Shown piece after piece: positions 13,160 through 26,180 of a stretch of 64,000 nt of DNA. The first letter of the stretch is position 1; each line of letters opens with the position of its first letter. The stretch is from Octopus vulgaris (Eukaryota). The translations under genes and the position numbers were made by a program. The DNA is taken from positions 25,048,001 to 25,112,000 of the forward strand of contig OX597817.1 of the NCBI GenBank assembly GCA_951406725.2, read 5' to 3'. The notes below the pieces were generated by a model. The model ran no database searches and was not told the origin of the DNA. It saw nothing but the letters and a program-made list of their open reading frames with translations.

Positions 13160-13565
13160 AGGCGCAGGAGTGGCTGTGTGGTAAGTAGCTTGCTTACCAA
13201 CCACATGGTTCCGGGTTCATTCTCACTGCATGGCACCTTGGGCAAGTGTCTTCTACTATAGCCTCGGGCCGACCAAAGCCTTGTGAGTGGATTTGGTAGA
13301 CAGAAACTGGAAGAAGCCCATCGTATATATGTATATATATGTATCTGTGTATATCTTTGTGTGTCTGTGTTTGTCCCCCCACCATTGCTTGACAACCAAT
13401 GCTGGTGTGTTTATTTCCCCATAACTTAGTGGTTCAGCAAAAGAGACTGATAGAATAAGTACTAGGCTTACAAAGAATAAGTCCTGGGGTCGATTTATTC
13501 AACTAGAAGGTGGTGCTCCAGCATGGCTGCAGTCAAATGACTGAAACAAGTAAAAGAGAGAAAGA
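13160..13565 (+). mobile_element. SINE family A, full length (preceded by an older truncated copy at 13015-13150)
   Basis: Starts GGCGCAGGAGTGGCTGTGTGG; matches family. Confidence 0.92.
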
Positions 13566-14528
13566 GAGAATACATATATGTATGTGTGAGTTTTTGTAAG
13601 TATATATCTCTCACCACAGTTTGACGACCAGTGTTAGTTTGTTTACAGTTACATGGCTTAGTGGTTCTACAAAGGAAAATAAGTGCCATACTTAAAAATA
13701 AGTACTGGGTCAATTTGTTCAACTAAACCCTTCAAGACAATGCCCCAGAGATAGAGATAGACAGCAATATGAGCATTGATGATGAGGAGTATAGTACCTC
13801 TACTGTTATTTTGTCATTGGGATTGTACCAAACTTACTGGTGAGTGGAAAGCAATATTGTAATAAGTAGAAAGTAATAATGATAGCAAATTGACTCGTCT
13901 TGTATGAAAATTGTGAGATTGCTGTTTCTTTCAAGTTACTCTACTACTCAGCACCAACTTGCAAGCTTTATTGTTCTATCATGTAACAATTTTGAGGCCC
14001 TGGAATGAGGTTGCAACATCAGCATTGTGAAGGAGCTCTCTGATATGTAGATAAATTATTAAAATTCCTCATTTAAAAATCATATCTTAAAAATCTCAAT
14101 ATGTGGTCTCATATAACATGGAAGATAGAAAACAATTTATTCTTTGGATTGCTTCACATTTAAATTTGAAAATATTGATATTAAATCATGTTTATTTAAA
14201 GTAATGCTAGCATATTACTTAAGTGATACCAGGAGACAATAAAAGTTCACACAATATATAACGTCTATATGTTTTCACGCTTTGCTTAGGCATAGCAATA
14301 CTAATAACTTGGTATTAGAACTCAATATGATTCAGAATAATGCATTGAGTAGAGATTATAATAAGAAATTAGATAAATGACAAGGGAATAAGAAATTATG
14401 CCATGAACCTCAGCAGCTAACAGCTGTTTCTGCTATAAGATGCAATGCAATCACAGTTGAGTGATTGTGTATCACCCAATAGGCTCATTCGAGCCTCAAT
14501 GTGTGTGTGGATATAAGTGCATATATCC

Positions 14529-14563
<35 letters not shown>

Positions 14564-14619
14564 AAAAAAATAAATACATCAAAGACCCTTCATGAGGCAC
14601 ATTTCCCAATTTTGAGGTG

Positions 14620-14803
14620 AATATAGTCCCCTCCTGGATGAGATGTTGGTTCATTGCAAGATTACTCATTCTTGCTCGCTGAATGGATTGGAGCAATGTG
14701 AAATGAAGTGTTTTACTCAAAAACACCATGCAACTCTGGAGTATTAAAACCAAAATTTCGCACTCATGAGTGCAACACACTAACCAGTATAACATGGGCC
14801 TCT
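14620..14803 (-). mobile_element. Old tRNA-derived SINE fragment
   Basis: Degraded tRNA-like head at 14740-14803 on the minus strand. Confidence 0.45.
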
Positions 14804-14819
14804 ACATATATCAAGGTAT

Positions 14820-14852
<33 letters not shown>

Positions 14853-14853
<1 letters not shown>

Positions 14854-15165
14854 TAGCAGTATCGCCTGGCGTTGCTCGGGTTTGTAAGGGAAATAACTAT
14901 TTAAGCATTTTTAGAGAGCTACTTCACTTATATAAAACCGAGTAAAATATGCATTAAAAAAACGAAAAACGATGGTAATTTTTTTTTTCTAATCGTAGAC
15001 TCATCGTAGACTCATCGTAGACGTGCGCTAATACCCAGAAGGGCTTGATATGAATCACGACTATAAGATACCCGCTTTTGGTTAAACTGCACCGCAAATT
15101 GTGGGAGTAGTTAGGAATCTAAATCGTAGGAGACAGACACACAACTTCACTTTTATATATAAAGA
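14853..15165 (-). mobile_element. Non-autonomous Helitron
   Basis: Minus strand starts TC and ends CTAG after an imperfect GC-rich hairpin (CCCGAGCAACGCCAGG); inserted at A|T within (TA)n. Confidence 0.75.
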
Positions 15166-16046
15166 TATATATATATGGACGAGGTTTTGTAGCTTATGGC
15201 TTAACATGGCAATGTTTCTGCCAATATGCAATTTCAAAGCTATTCATCTTTGTGTCTTCCAGAGATACAGTCATACAAAATCATGCCAACAAAAACAGAT
15301 TTTTGAGTTCAAGAGGTTAAGGAAGTTAAATAACCAGACTTAGTAATATAAAAGAGATGTCTAGAGATGGGGGTTATAAAACTTTTGTCACTTAATTCAT
15401 CTTTTCCTTGAAACGCATTTTACAAATGCTATTTCCCCATATTTTTCCAAAAACCAAAAAAAAGGATATTATTTTAATCATTCTTTTTTTGTGTAGTTGT
15501 TTATTATTTGTATTTTCACATACCCTCCCATCCAGCAGGTTTCTTCTTTTAGATATTTATATGAACTGTTGTCCCTTATGTGAAAATTTCTAGAACAAGT
15601 ACTAAGGAAAGTATGGACTTTCATAATGAAATTATAGTTGACATTTGTGCATCGTATTCTACCCCTGGAAAGGTTTGCAAAATGTCTTCAAAATGTAATT
15701 AATGTAGATTTAAATATCTAATTTCTGAGGAAACTCAATATCCCTCTAAAACATCCAATACCCAAAATACTCTTTTGACCATTTTGTGTCCCTTTTTCAG
15801 ATCACTCTGAGCCCCAGTCAAGCACCATTGCTCATGTTAAAATCCACTGTCTAATGAGGAAAAAGAACTCAAGTCTCAAACTAATTTGAAGCTAATGGTA
15901 TTTTTGCTAAAAGAAGTTTATATATTAACATAAATGAGAAAAGGAAAATTGGGGAACAGTTCATTTTCCCCAAAGAACCATAGCAATTCTAGATTGAAGT
16001 TACCCTGACTTGGAAATGGAAACTATTGATCAGTGATTCAGTTGAT

Positions 16047-16295
16047 CAGTGGTTCTCAACTTTTTGGCTTGGGATGCACAGGAGATCAAATAATTTACTG
16101 ATGCACTTCACTTAGAAAGTTGTTTTTTTAAAATCTTATTCAAATATTTTTTAATCATTAATTACTCATATTTGTGAATAACATATTTGCAAAAAATTAA
16201 AGCAATTGAGTAATTTTTTAAAACCTTAAAATATATCTTTAAAAATCTGGATGGTATATAGATGACTCCTGCTGTTCACCGTTTGACAACTTCTA
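16047..16295. mobile_element. Possible old hAT MITE
   Basis: CAGTGGTTCTCAAC left end and degenerate TTGACAACTTCT right end. Confidence 0.35.
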
Positions 16296-17009
16296 TTACA
16301 GCTTCACCAAGCTGTTAATTCTACTAAATCAAGTATTTCAACTATAATAGATATTTTGCATGTTATGCATTTCTTACTCAAATGAAATCAGATGTTTGTT
16401 TACCAACAATATAAAAAAAGATTTGATCCTGAAGGATATTTACAGCTGAGCATTAAGAATGTTATAGAAAGTTATAATTATACTTTGATTGTATCATCCA
16501 TTAGTTTATAATATTATGTCAACATTTATAAAACAGTTCTTATGCAGATTCAGATGCCGTTTAAAACATCTGTAATAGGTTTTGGCTTCTATGTTTAGAA
16601 AAATCGAAGTACAATATAACAAACATGTATTATATTTTATAACTTTTTACAATGAATGAGGCTAATTATTCTATGCAGCAGGTGTGGTTGTTTAAATACT
16701 GTATTTAGTATTTAGAATACTTTACATATTTGGTCTGGGTTTGAATAATACTGAGATGAAATTACCAAATTGATACAATATTTTTGAATAACTGCTTTTT
16801 TTTATTTATCTAATATTGCTTAATTCGTTTAACTATCCACCATAAGTATCAAGATAATCTGGAGATATTACATGTAACAGATTAACATTTTACTAAGAAA
16901 TATATTTGTTGTTCTCTCAATTCTTGCCATTAAAGCAGAATTTAATGCTGTCTCCATGAAGAGATGGTTCTTGTGTCAGAAAAAATATCAGGTGGAATGA
17001 CAAATTTTT

Positions 17010-17219
17010 TCTACTCTAGGCACGAAGCAGGAAAATTTTGGGGAGGGGGCCAGTCGATTAGATCGACCGCTGTACACAACTGGTACTAAATTTATTGACC
17101 CCGAAAGGATGAAAGGATGAAAGTTGGCCTCAGTGGAATTTGAACTCAGAGCATAAAGACAGACGAAATACCACTAAGCATTTCGCCTGGCATGCTAATG
17201 TTTCTGCCAACTCACCGCC
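17010..17219 (-). mobile_element. SINE family B
   Basis: Reverse complement of GGCGGYGAGYTGGCAGAAAC...GCCTTTCATCCTTTCGGGGTCRATAAATT. Confidence 0.85.
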
Positions 17220-17460
17220 AGAAATGAAAGAGGATGATTTAAACTCCATATATGTATTAACGAAATTAAACATACGGTAAGCTTTGCCTTGCTTCCTGAT
17301 TTTCCTTCTTTGAAAGCATAGATAATTATACATCTTAGTTTTATAACAGAACACTAACCAAAAACTAAAAGTATGCATGGCCACATTCAAAATGGAAAAT
17401 ACAATCCTTTTGACTGGGTTATTTTCTTTGGCTTTTTCTAATTCTTTATTCCCTGAAAAT

Positions 17461-19110
17461 ATGAAAATATGAAATTATTTTGTATCCTTTCCTTGTAAAA
17501 TATAATTAAAATTGTTATTTTCTCAAGGACTTAAACTGTGAAGTTCACAATAAGAAAGAGAAATTTCATTTTTAAAGCAGTAGCCAACATCTTATTGCAA
17601 AATCTTAGTGTCAAACAATATTAGCTGGTGTCTTGGATTGGCACATAATTATTGTGGCTTTTTTTCAACAAATTTTATTCAACAAAAGCAATAACAAAAT
17701 TTAACACCTTTAAATGACAGTCTGACCATCTGCCAAGCAAATGGGAAGCAGTAATTGAAGTAGATAGTGAATATACTACGGAATAATCATTTAAAGATGT
17801 TTTTGTTACATGTTGTTATTGTTTTTGTTGGATAAAATTTGTTGAAAGAAAGCTGCAATAATTATGCACCAATCCAATAGTAATGTAGTATTAAGAAATT
17901 ATCTAAGTGTGTTGTGTCTCATAAGTACATGAAAATATATTCTCTGGTGACAGCTCTTTCAATAAGTAATTTTCCACCAAGAATGGTATCAGTAGTATTA
18001 CAAAACAAACACACAAGACTGAGGATGATGTTTATTCTTTTGTTTTTTATTTGTTTTAGCCATGAGACAGCAACCATGCTGGGGCACTGACTTGAAGGAT
18101 TTTAATTGAACAAATTTCCCCCAGGACTTATTTATTTTAAGCCTTGTATTCTATCGGTTTTTTTTTTTTGTTGAATCACTAATCTAAAAGGATGTAAACA
18201 CACCAACACGAGTTATCAAGTGGTGAGGTTGGGGTCAAACACTGACACAAAGACACACATAAATACAGTTTCCATCTACCAGATTCACTCACAAGACTCT
18301 GGTTGGCCTGAGGCTATAGTTGAAGACACTTCCCCAAGATTCTATGCAGTGAGACTGAACCCAGAACCATGTGATTGGGCAGCAAACTTCTTACCACACA
18401 GCCACACTTGCACCTGAATTTATATTGAAAATGTAATTTATTTGAAATATCTGCCATTTTTCAACAAGATGGCAGTTGCAGGAACAACCCATCTTTATTT
18501 TCAGGCTTAATGTCTGATTGATTGAGTTAACCCTGCCTTATTTAGATAGGTTGTTAAGTTAATCTACAGTCTTTGAAATTCTGAAAAAATTTCAATGATG
18601 TAGATTTATCGGAACTGATGATTATTACAGTAATTATAGTTCCTCATTTAGAACCAACTGAGAAATCATGTACAATGGATGTGGCCAATAGACAAGTTTT
18701 CATGATGCTATTGAAAGTGGCGGTTGAAAAACGTTTAATCCAGTACAAACAGCAAATTTACTTTTTTTCAACATTTATGTATTTCTGTAAAATTGTCCAA
18801 ACGTTGATAAGCTATCTTCTAAGCATTGTTCAGAATGAGTTGCTGATAATGGCATAGATTTACATTTGGAAATAAACAAATTGATTGCATCATTAAGGCA
18901 CTGACTAAAGACCGAGACCTCTGAGATATGCTGTGACTGCGAAGACCTGACAAATGAAGTGAGTTCATGGCTCGTAGGATGGCTTGCTGTGCTAACATTG
19001 GATCGTAGGGTGACCCACTGTGCTTGAGGAGACCTATTGAGTCAAGTACATCAACATCAAAATAAAAATCAAATGGAAATTGTAGTTGTGATACCTGTGC
19101 CGGTGGTATG
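17461..19110 (+). repeat. Local duplication, copy 1 (copy 2 at 22086-22415 plus 22749-24030)
   Basis: Long colinear high identity including unique DNA, the MITE, an old SINE and an RTE tail. Confidence 0.92.
17633..17877. mobile_element. Mariner-derived MITE
   Basis: TIRs TTGGATTGGCACATAATTATTGTGGCTTT / AAAGCTGCAATAATTATGCACCAATCCAA followed by TA; resemble Hsmar1/MADE1-type TIRs. Confidence 0.75.
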
Positions 19111-19194
19111 TAAAAATCACCATCTGAACGTGGCCGATGCCAGTGCCACCTTGACTGGCTTCTGTGCCAGTGGCACATGACCTGCTGTGCTTGA

Positions 19195-19533
19195 GGTAAG
19201 AAGCTTGCTTCCCAACCACATGGTTCTGGGTTCAGTCCCACTACATGGCACTTCAGGCAAGTATCTTCTGCTATAGCCTCAAGCCAACCAAAGCCGTGTG
19301 AGTGGATTTGGTAGTCGGAAACTGAAAGAAGCTTATAATATGTATGTGTGTGTGTGTGTATGTGTATTTGTGTGTCTGTGTTTACATCCCCGTAACTTTA
19401 GTAGTTCGGCAAAAGAGACCGATAGAATAAATACTAGGCTTACAAAGAATAAGTTCTGGGGTCGATTTGTTTGATTGAAGGTGGTGCTTCAGCTTGACTG
19501 CAGTCAAACGACTGAAACAAGCAAAAGAATAAA
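19195..19533 (+). mobile_element. SINE family A
   Basis: Matches family. Confidence 0.85.
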
Positions 19534-19635
19534 GTATGTGTTATCATCATAATCTCTACATATTTGTTTGACTTGCTAGAATTAATAGTGAAATATCCCT
19601 AAAATGGTAGCCTTCTTCACATTGAATAATGCAAC

Positions 19636-19835
19636 ATCATCACCATCATCATCATCATCGTTTAACGTCCGCTTTCCATGCTAGCATGGGTTGGACGGTT
19701 CAACTGGGGTCTGGGAAACCAAAAGGCTGCGCCAGGCCCAGTCTGATCTGGCAGTGTTTCTACAGCTGGATGCCCTTCCTAGAAACACTGCCAGATCAGA
19801 CTGGGCCTGGTGCAGCCTTCTGGCTTCCCAGACCT
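19636..19835 (-). mobile_element. RTE LINE 3' tail with internal inversion
   Basis: (CAT)n CGTTTAACGTCCGCTTTCCATGCTAGC tail; ~19780-19834 is the reverse complement of ~19707-19762. Confidence 0.8.
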
Positions 19836-20181
19836 GTCAAACAAACATTTTTCATCATAAGTCTGCTACAAAAACAACAATTTGACACAAGTAAAATATG
19901 AAATTGAGTACAATTTATTAGTCCTGTTGGTTGTAACAAATATTTGTTACTCTGGCTTGATATTTTACAATGCTTTTGTATGAAAATTATGCAAAGAAGC
20001 AAACATATTAGTTCGTACACAAATGAAGATCAATCAAGGACAATTATAACAATATTAGTTTTTGGTATATTAAGTTATTGATAGAAAGATAGAGGAGGTA
20101 AGATCAACTAGAGAAATTATTAGAAATTGTAAGGCATACCTGGAGCATTTAGTGACTTGAGGGAGTAAATTTTTTGTTGTT

Positions 20182-20505
20182 CATCATCATCATCATCATC
20201 ATCATTATCGTTTAACGTCCGCTTTCCAAGCTAGCATGGGTTGGACGGTTCAACAGGGGTCTAGGAAACCTGAAGGCTGCCCCAGGCCAGTCAGATGTGG
20301 CAGTGTTTCTACAGCTGGATGCCCTTCCTAATGCCAACCACTCCGTGAGTGTAGTGAGTGCTTTTTATGAGCCACCGACACAGGTGCCAGACGAGGCTGG
20401 CGAACGGCCACGCTCGGATGGTTTTTTTTATGTGCCACCGACACAGGTGCCAGACGAGGCTGGCGAATGGCCACGCTCAGATGGTGTTTGTTACGTGCCA
20501 CCGGC
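20182..20505 (-). mobile_element. RTE LINE 3' tail
   Basis: Same tail with ~60 bp internal tandem units. Confidence 0.85.
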
Positions 20506-20703
20506 TTAAATGGACTTCGCTGGAATTAAATAATTAGTAGATATATTTGAGGTCTCTGTCCATGGAAGCAATGCAGATCAGGTAAATTGTGTGTGTTTAA
20601 AGCTTGCATCTGGACATTTAAGGAATAATAACGAGAGCTGTCTTTTTCATAACTATGTTTTGGGTGATTTTCATCTTCTTTCTTTCTGTCAATGTTATTT
20701 TCA

Positions 20704-21048
20704 GCGTGGAAGGTGTTTGTAAGCCATTTAGGAAACACACAAAAGCCGTTCGATTCAGTTCAACATTTAAGTTTAATTTGTCAAAATATTTTCGTTGCTA
20801 AAATCCGCGACCTGTTCACTGACAAAAATCCGTGCTGCACGGAGATGCAGCATTGATTTTTGTCAGTGAACAAGTCGCAGATTTTAGCGACGAAAATATT
20901 TTGACAAATTAAACTTAAATGTTGAAGTGAATCGAATGGCTTTTGTGTGTTTCCTAAATGGCTTACAAACACCTTCCACGCTGCAATTGTTTTCGTTCCA
21001 GCACACGATCTCAGATCAAATCACTTGCTATGCGAGTACATCTCCGCA
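20704..21048 (+). mobile_element. Fold-back insertion (PLE pLTR-like) with 13-bp TSD
   Basis: ~138-bp arms 20702-20839 and 20846-20983; TSD AATGTTATTTTCA at 20691-20703 and 21049-21061. Confidence 0.85.
20859..20908 (+). ncRNA. Minimal type I hammerhead-like motif with G3-C8 core (mirror copy at 20777-20826, minus strand)
   Basis: TTTGTCA-GTGAACA-A-GTCGC(agatttta)GCGAC-GAAA-ATAT-TT-TGACAAA. Confidence 0.6.
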
Positions 21049-21683
21049 AATGTTATTTTCATCATACAAAATTAATTTCAGTGTGAGACAAAGAATGGTT
21101 ACATGTCTGCATTGTTACATTGTTAAATGGTTACATATTAGAATTAATATCTACACACAACATTATTTACTACAAATACTTATTCACATTAACCAATGGA
21201 AATAAAGCAAGTTACTATATCAGATCACCAGAACATCAAACATCATGGTTACACCATCAATCCACTAGATGTATATTTGAGTATGTTTCTTTTACTGTCT
21301 CTGTCATGCAAGAGGTGGTCCTTGTTTCCAATCTTCGATGTAATCATGTCTGAGCATGGTGATATATTACCTTATTTGGAAATGGGTGAGGGATGGCAAT
21401 GAAAATGGTATCCACCTATAGAAAATTTGTCTGATCAATGCAATCATAGAAGTGCAGATGTTTGATTCACTCATGCATGCATACATACATACATACATAC
21501 ATACTTTAGATTGATGATAATATTTTTAACAGAGACGTTATAACCATATATGATTGTCCAAGTTCTCCAATTCTGTATTTGTACATATATCTACTTGACT
21601 GCTAACATTTATCAATGGTTTCTTCCATTGTTTTCATGTGCCATTTTCTATCTTTATTGGTATTCTTGATGACATGGGTATAC

Positions 21684-21717
<34 letters not shown>

Positions 21718-21762
21718 GGATAAAATTTTCTGATACAGTACCTGTCAGTGGCTCTCACTTAT

Positions 21763-22057
21763 TCTACTTATTCTACCGGTCTCTTTGTTTTTGCCGAACC
21801 GCTAAGTGACGGGGACGTAAACACACCAGTATCGGTTGTCAAGCGACGCTAGGGGGACAAACACAGACACACACATATATATATATACACATATACGACA
21901 GGCTTCTTTCAGTTTCCGTCTACCAAATCCACTCACAAGGCATTGGTCGGCCCAGGGCTATAGCAGAAGACACTTGCCCAAGATGCCACGCAGTGGGACT
22001 GAACCCGGAACCATATGGTTGGTTAGCCAGCTACTTACCACACAGCCATTCCTGCGC
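21763..22057 (-). mobile_element. SINE family A (3' part missing)
   Basis: Matches family. Confidence 0.88.
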
Positions 22058-22085
22058 CGATATGTGAATAATACTGTTGATAATT

Positions 22086-24030
22086 ATGAAAATATGTAAT
22101 TATTTTGTATCCTTTCCTTGTAAAATATAATTAAGATTGTTATTTTCTCAAGGACATAAACTGTGAAGTTCACAATAAGAAATAGAAATTTCATTTTTAA
22201 AGCAGTAGCCAACATCTTATTGCAAAATTTTAGTGTCAAACAATATTAGCTGGTGTCTTGGATTGGTGCATAATTATTGTGGCTTTTTTTCAACAAAAGC
22301 AATAACAAAATTTAACTCCTTTAAATGACAGTCTGACCATCTGCCAAGCAAATGGGAAGCAGTAATTGAAGTAGGTGGTGAATATATTCCGGAATAATCA
22401 TTTAAAGATGTTTTTATTTCTTATTATGAACTTCACAGTTTAAGTCCTTGAGAAAATAATAATTTTAACAATATTTTTCAAGTAAAAGATAGAAAATAAT
22501 TTCATATTTTCATAATTATCAACAGTGCTATTCACATATTATAATAACAATTCTCATCAAGAATAACAAGTAGAAAAAGTAGGGGACATTGTAGATTTTA
22601 GTTGCATCCCTTTTTGGTGCTGGAATTTTGTCTGATGTGTTTGCCTTGTCAAAGGCAGTGTTGATGATGTTGTTCACATCATCATTATTATTATTGAGTG
22701 AGAAAGTAGTGCATGCCATCAAAGTGATACTGGGGTAAAATATATGAACCCAATAGTAATGCAGTGTTAAGAAATTATCTAAGAGTGTTGTCTCGCAAGC
22801 GAGATGTATATGAAAATATATTCTCTGGTGACAGCTCTTTCAATAAGTAATTTTCCACCAAGAATGATATCAATAATATTACAAAACAAATACAACAGGA
22901 CTGAGGATGTTGTTTATTCTTTTGTTTCTTATTTGTTTTAGCCATGAGACAGCAACCATGCTTGGGCACTGACTTGAAGGATTTTAATTGAACAAATTTA
23001 CCCCAGGACTTAAAAAAAGAAACCGATAGAATTTTTTTGTTGAATCACTAATCTAAAAGGATGTAAACACACCAACCCTGGTTATCAAACGGTGAGGTTG
23101 GGGTCAAACACTGACACAAAGACATACATAAATATATATACAAACAATGGGCTTCTTACATATATATAAATGATGGGCTTCTTTCAGTTTCCATCTACCA
23201 AATCCACTCACAAGACTCTGGCTGGCCTGAGGCTATAGTTGAAGACACTTGTCCAAGATTCCATGCAGTGAGACTGGAACCAGAACCATGTGATTGGGCA
23301 GCAAACTTCTTACCACACAGCCTCACTTGCACCTGAATTTATATTAAAAATATAATTTATTTGAAATATCTGCCATTTTTCAACAAGATGGCAGTTACAG
23401 GAACAACTCATCTTTATTTTCAGGCTTAATGTCTGATTGATTGAGTTAACCCTGCCTTATTTAGATGAGTTGTTAAGTTAATCTACAGTCTTTGAAATTC
23501 TGAAAAAATTTCAAAGATGTAGATATATCGGAACTGATGATTATTACAGTAATTGTAGTTCCTCATTTAGAATCAACTGAGAGATCATGTACAATGGATG
23601 TGGCCAATAGACAAGTTTTCATGATGCTATTGAAAGTGGCAGTTGAAAAATGTTAAATCCAGTACAAACAGCAAATTTACTTTTTTTCACATTTATGTAT
23701 TTCTGTAAAATTGTCCAAACGTTGATAAGCTATCTTCTAAGCATTGTTCAGAATGAGTTGGTGATAATGGCATAAATTTACATTTGGAAATAAACAAATT
23801 GATTGCATCATCAAGGCAATGACAAAAGACCGAGACCTCTGAGATATGCTGTGACTGCGAAGACCTGACAAATGAAGTGAGTTCATGGCTCGCAGGACGG
23901 CCTGCTGTGCTAACCTTGGATCGTAGGGTGACCCGCTGTGCTTGAGGGGACCTATTGAGTCAAGTACATCAACATCAAAATAAAAATCAAATGGAAATTG
24001 TAGTTGTGATACCCGTGCCAGTGGCACATA
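22086..24030 (+). repeat. Local duplication, copy 2, with internal inversion and insertion (22416-22748)
   Basis: Aligns to 17461-17804 and 17874-19110. Confidence 0.9.
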
Positions 24031-24310
24031 AAAAGCACCATCCAAACATGGTCGATGCCTGTGTCGGTGACACGTAAAAAGCATCAACCGATGGTAGCTG
24101 TTTGCCATCCCCCTCTGGCCCCTGTGCTGGTGGCATGTAAAAAGCACCCACTACACTCACAGAGTGGTTGGCGTTAGAAAGGGCATCCAGCTGTAGAAAC
24201 ACTGCCAGATCAGACTGGAGCCTGGTGCAGCCTCCTGGCTTACCATACCCTGGTCAAACAGTCCAACCCATCCTAGCATGGAAAACGGACGTTAAACGAT
24301 GATGATGATG
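23815..24310 (+). mobile_element. RTE LINE 3' end
   Basis: GACCGAGACCTCTGAGATATGCTGTG through GGAAAACGGACGTTAAAC(GAT)n. Confidence 0.85.
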
Positions 24311-25569
24311 TAGTCATACACCCTATTTGGTAGAAACGATAAACAAAATAATCTGCTACCAAGGGAGTCATGAACATTTTAAAAGAACAGGAAAATGTAG
24401 TAATGCTGACGAGAAAAGCTCAAAAACTCACAAAGTGTGGTTATGTCATTAGAAGCTTGCTTCCCAACTATAGGCAATAAAGAAATAAAAGAGACATAAG
24501 AAGGCACTTGCTCAAAGTGCCCCAGAGTGAGACAAAACTTGGAACCATGTGATTGGGAAGCAAATTTCCCATCATACAGCCATGCCTGCACACATAACTA
24601 GGTGAGTATTTCTACTCTCTTTTGGGTAATTATGTCATGTTAACATATTCCATCATTCGTCATATTCGTAAACTTTAAAACTTAAAATACAAAACACTAT
24701 TTTATGGAGACTGTAATTAACCATTCCATAAAAGGGACAATTTTACATCAAATCATTCAACTACTGATAATAACTTTTACAATAACTTTATAGAAATTGG
24801 TTTAGAATATTTTTGTTATATTATTTTCATCTCATAACTGTAGCAATATTTTAGATTTAATCTTTATAATTGAAGTTGTCTTGATAACAAAAATTATGAA
24901 TACAAATCTTTTTTTTTTTCCAAATTCAGATCATTTTTAGATTAAAAGGACAATGAAACCATATATTATAGCCAATGATAATAATATGATACTTAAATTT
25001 TGCTATTTGAAATTAACTATTATAACACTATTTCTACTTATTTAAACTAAACAATGTTGTTATTTTTTTGTCTACTGCACAACAGTTGACCGGTTTTCAG
25101 TTTTCTGTAAATTTTCTAGCATTTCGTTTTTTTGTGCATGCGTAACTGAATTTCGTTACTTTGTTTCATTCTACTGGGCACAGTCTGATATATCATCATA
25201 TGAATATTACGTAGGAAACAGAAAAGTTGCTTAAGAAACATAAGAAGAATTTTAATGTCTCTAAATATTAAAATTTGTTTCATGTATGGCTTGAAACTTT
25301 AGGTCTTTGAGATATTTAACTACGAAGTACATGTATTAAGCTCTAAATCTGATAAGAGAGACTGAAAATATAGTAAATCTAGTTTAAGTTGTAAAAGCAA
25401 ACTACGTGTAGCACTTTCTGGGGGTAATTAATTCTCGAGGATTTACATGAAAGAATAATTTAAATAAGTTGTTGTTGCCAGTTTTTTTTTTTTTTTTTTT
25501 AGATTACTGAGATGAAACTTTTGCTAAAGATTTAAATCTGATACTGTTTTTGATTATCTTTCAAAATTG

Positions 25570-26180
25570 AATTTGAAAGATTGTCGGGTCCAGATGGTAT
25601 TCTTCACTATTTCTTAAAAACTTAACACATTAAATTTCAGAATGACTTTTTAAAATTTTATATTTCTATTTTAAGTTAGAACAATTCCCAGTCAGTGGAA
25701 AATTTCAAAAAATTTCGTTTACTTGAAAAGACTTTCCTATCAGAAGTTACAAATAATCGTCCCATTTGTTTGCCGCTACTAATATAGTTATGGAAGTGAT
25801 AATTAAAGAAAATTTGTACATTTTTTAAGAAGCAAATAGCTTTATATTCGATTTACAGCTTGGATTCACATCTAAAAGATTAAGAGATAGTTAACTTTTA
25901 ATGCATTTAAAGGAATGGATGAAACTTTGTGATAATAATTGACATTTGATAAATTATATCTGGGTTTTGTTAAAGCATTTGATAATGTTTTGCTTCCAAA
26001 ATTGATTTTAAAATAACTAATTAAGTTTCATGTGACAGGTAAATTACTGAATTGATTGAAAGTTTTCTGTTTCATTTACTAGTGTTTCTTCAGATACTTG
26101 TTTAATTACTTCCAAAGTGCTGCAGGATAATTTTCTATGACCAAGTTAATATTTGGTCTATGTAGATGATTCATAAAAGT
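25570..26180 (+). mobile_element. Decayed CR1/Jockey-like LINE RT fragment
   Basis: Motifs SGPDGI, WKIS, NNRPICL and LYLGFVKAFDNV across frameshifts. Confidence 0.65.
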
